A DNA stretch of 64,000 nucleotides from Alphaproteobacteria bacterium UBA6376 (GTDB lineage: Bacteria > Pseudomonadota > Alphaproteobacteria > Rs-D84): assembly GCA_002437665.1 (NCBI GenBank), contig DJQW01000001.1, forward strand, positions 297,492-361,491. Direction: 5' to 3'. The stretch's first letter is position 1, and every line of letters starts with the position of its first letter. The notes beneath the pieces were generated by a model, which made no database searches, was not told the DNA's origin, and saw only the letters and a program-made list of their open reading frames with translations. Shown here one piece after another: positions 62,320 to 64,000 of this stretch. Position numbers and translations under genes: made by a program.

Positions 62320-64000
62320 ATGAAGAGATTGATTGCTGTATTGAGTGGACTGCTGGTATTGCCCGCATTTGCTGAGGTTGCGCCATCATACTATTACGAA
62401 GATGTGATGGAATATGCCGACGCGGACATTGTCGCCGATGACGCCGCTGATGACACCATCGCGGACGAAATTGTCGATATTGAACCGGCCACACCTGTGA
62501 AAAATACTGTGGTCAGCCCACGAAACGCCGGTGCGCGCGTTGCGTCATCGCGTGGCGTGTCAAACAGTGCGTCTTCAACGCGGACAATTTCTGCACGCAA
62601 TAATAATACGGGGCGTGTCGTTGCGGCGCGTACGTCAACCACGGCAACCCGTGCGGCGGCATCGCGCACCGCGCAAACAAATAACGCAACACGTGCAACC
62701 GCGGCTGACAATGCGGCCAAGACGGTTTCTGCACGACGCAGTGTGCCAACAACGGGTACGGCGGCACGTGCATCTATTGTTCAGACGGACACGGTAAATA
62801 CGCCATTGTACACGGGCCGTGTCGGTGTGCGCGTGAATAACGCGACAACCCGCGTGCCAACAATTCGTATGACGACGGCATCAACCACCGCATCGACCAC
62901 GGCTGTGGCGACATCCGCGACCGATACCAGCAGTATCGAAGAATTGGCGGAAATGACCGATTTTTGCAAGGCACAGTACCAAACATGTATGGATAATTTC
63001 TGTAACGTTCTGGACGACAATCAGGGCCGTTGCAGTTGCAGTGCCAATTTGAAGAATTATGAAAAAACCGAAAACGCGTTGAAACAGGCAACCGAAGACC
63101 TGCAAGATGTCGCGCAAAAGATTCAGTATATTGGTCTGTCCTCGGACGAGGTGGAAACCCTGTTCACACAAACTGCGGCGGAACTGGAAATGCAAAAGAC
63201 CAGTGATAATACCCAGTTGAAAAACGATTTGGACAAGATTAAAAACGCGATTATCAGTGTAAAGTCGGGCAGTGCGACATCAACCGATTCTGGCATCAGC
63301 ATGGATTTGTCGGGTCTGTTGGATTTCAGTATCAGCAGCACTGGTTTCGACCTCAGTTCTTTCTTGAACACAACGTCCAGCACCAGCAGCATCAGCAACC
63401 AGCGTGGCGAACAGTTGTACAAAACCGCCAGTGCACGTTGCAAGGCATCTGTCTTGAACAGTTGCACGACACAAGGGGTTGATGCATCGGTTGTGACAAA
63501 TGCATACGATTTGGAAATTGATAAACAGTGTATCGCGTATGAACGCAGTTTGACGGATTCCAACGACCAAATGGCATCGACCGTCCGCAATGCCAAGAGC
63601 GTTTTGCAAAAGGCACGTCTGTTGGTTGCACAACAGAAAAATTCATATGATCTGCGCGGCTGCATCAATGCATTGGATACATGTATGCAGGACGACTTTG
63701 TGTGCGGTTCCGATTATGAAAACTGCCTTGATCCATCGGGTAAATACATCGTTGATGGTAAAATTGTCGTCGGCAGCACCCCTGGTAAATCTGGCGATAA
63801 CGCTGGTGCGCTGTATACCACTTGGAAATATGGTGGCAGCAACGACAAAGATAAAAAAGATGCATGGGGTGCAAGCGCAGAGACGGGCACATTGAGTGAA
63901 TATATTGAAAAGACCGTAACAGAAACATCGGCGCAGAAACCGTCGACCAGTATGTCGGAATTCTTGCAGTACAAAATTGGTTATCACAAGGATAACGATG
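62320..64000 (+). CDS. Large secreted protein, N-terminal 560 aa (3' end outside window; not in the ORF track)
   Basis: Hand translation from the ATG at 62320 shows no stop to the window end. Signal peptide is MKRLIAVLSGLLVLPAFA. An acidic stretch is followed by an Arg/Thr/Ala low-complexity region, then Cys-patterned segments (CKAQYQTCMDNFCNVLDDNQGRCSC; CINALDTCMQDDFVCGSDYENC). SD AGGAAGGA lies upstream. Confidence 0.65.
   Translation, partial: MKRLIAVLSGLLVLPAFAEVAPSYYYEDVMEYADADIVADDAADDTIADEIVDIEPATPVKNTVVSPRNAGARVASSRGVSNSASSTRTISARNNNTGRVVAARTSTTATRAAASRTAQTNNATRATAADNAAKTVSARRSVPTTGTAARASIVQTDTVNTPLYTGRVGVRVNNATTRVPTIRMTTASTTASTTAVATSATDTSSIEELAEMTDFCKAQYQTCMDNFCNVLDDNQGRCSCSANLKNYEKTENALKQATEDLQDVAQKIQYIGLSSDEVETLFTQTAAELEMQKTSDNTQLKNDLDKIKNAIISVKSGSATSTDSGISMDLSGLLDFSISSTGFDLSSFLNTTSSTSSISNQRGEQLYKTASARCKASVLNSCTTQGVDASVVTNAYDLEIDKQCIAYERSLTDSNDQMASTVRNAKSVLQKARLLVAQQKNSYDLRGCINALDTCMQDDFVCGSDYENCLDPSGKYIVDGKIVVGSTPGKSGDNAGALYTTWKYGGSNDKDKKDAWGASAETGTLSEYIEKTVTETSAQKPSTSMSEFLQYKIGYHKDND

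Noticed and set aside
62394-63987. Minus-strand and alternative-frame ORFs (62394..62720, 63123..63668, 63643..63987 and others).
   Set aside because: They overlap the long signal-peptide ORF that is open from 62320 to the window end. The Ala/Arg-rich antisense products are a by-product of its low-complexity region.

Overview
Alphaproteobacterial-type chromosomal segment, judged from a GapR/DUF2312 gene, a short ProRS, olsBA and SPOR-domain style. Identifications come from motif reading only, with no database search. Most of the window is conserved housekeeping: gyrA 3' end, a marR-tolC-adaptor-RND efflux operon, rmuC-def-fmt-truA, comEC, pyrG, pyk, a PBP5-SPOR protein, recR-rsmA-kefB-lspA-yidC. 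It continues with tRNA-Trp-secE-nusG-rplKAJL-rpoBC, rpmF-plsX, mraZ, hemW, an M13 peptidase, olsBA, proS and a PLD-like lipoprotein. Several things stand out. (1) An orphan virB8-virB9-virB10-like trio (29043..33740) has no ATPase, pilin or coupling-protein genes nearby. Its VirB9 carries a C-terminal SPOR-like domain. Its 804-aa VirB10 carries extra N-proximal regions and a Cys-capped C-terminal extension. (2) An islet at 2199..4576 holds an APH-fold kinase, a HopA1/LanKC-lyase-fold protein and a GIY-YIG nuclease cassette. (3) All three tRNA genes (Glu, Gln, Trp) have their 3' end plus downstream flank duplicated around an insert. (4) A modular mosaic intergenic repeat family sits behind terminators at five or more sites, including a 257-bp composite present twice and a copy inside the rplJ leader. 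(5) There are several signal-peptide, Cys-rich proteins of unknown function, one of which (62320..>64000) is absent from the ORF track because it runs off the window. Most long antisense ORFs in the track are judged spurious.
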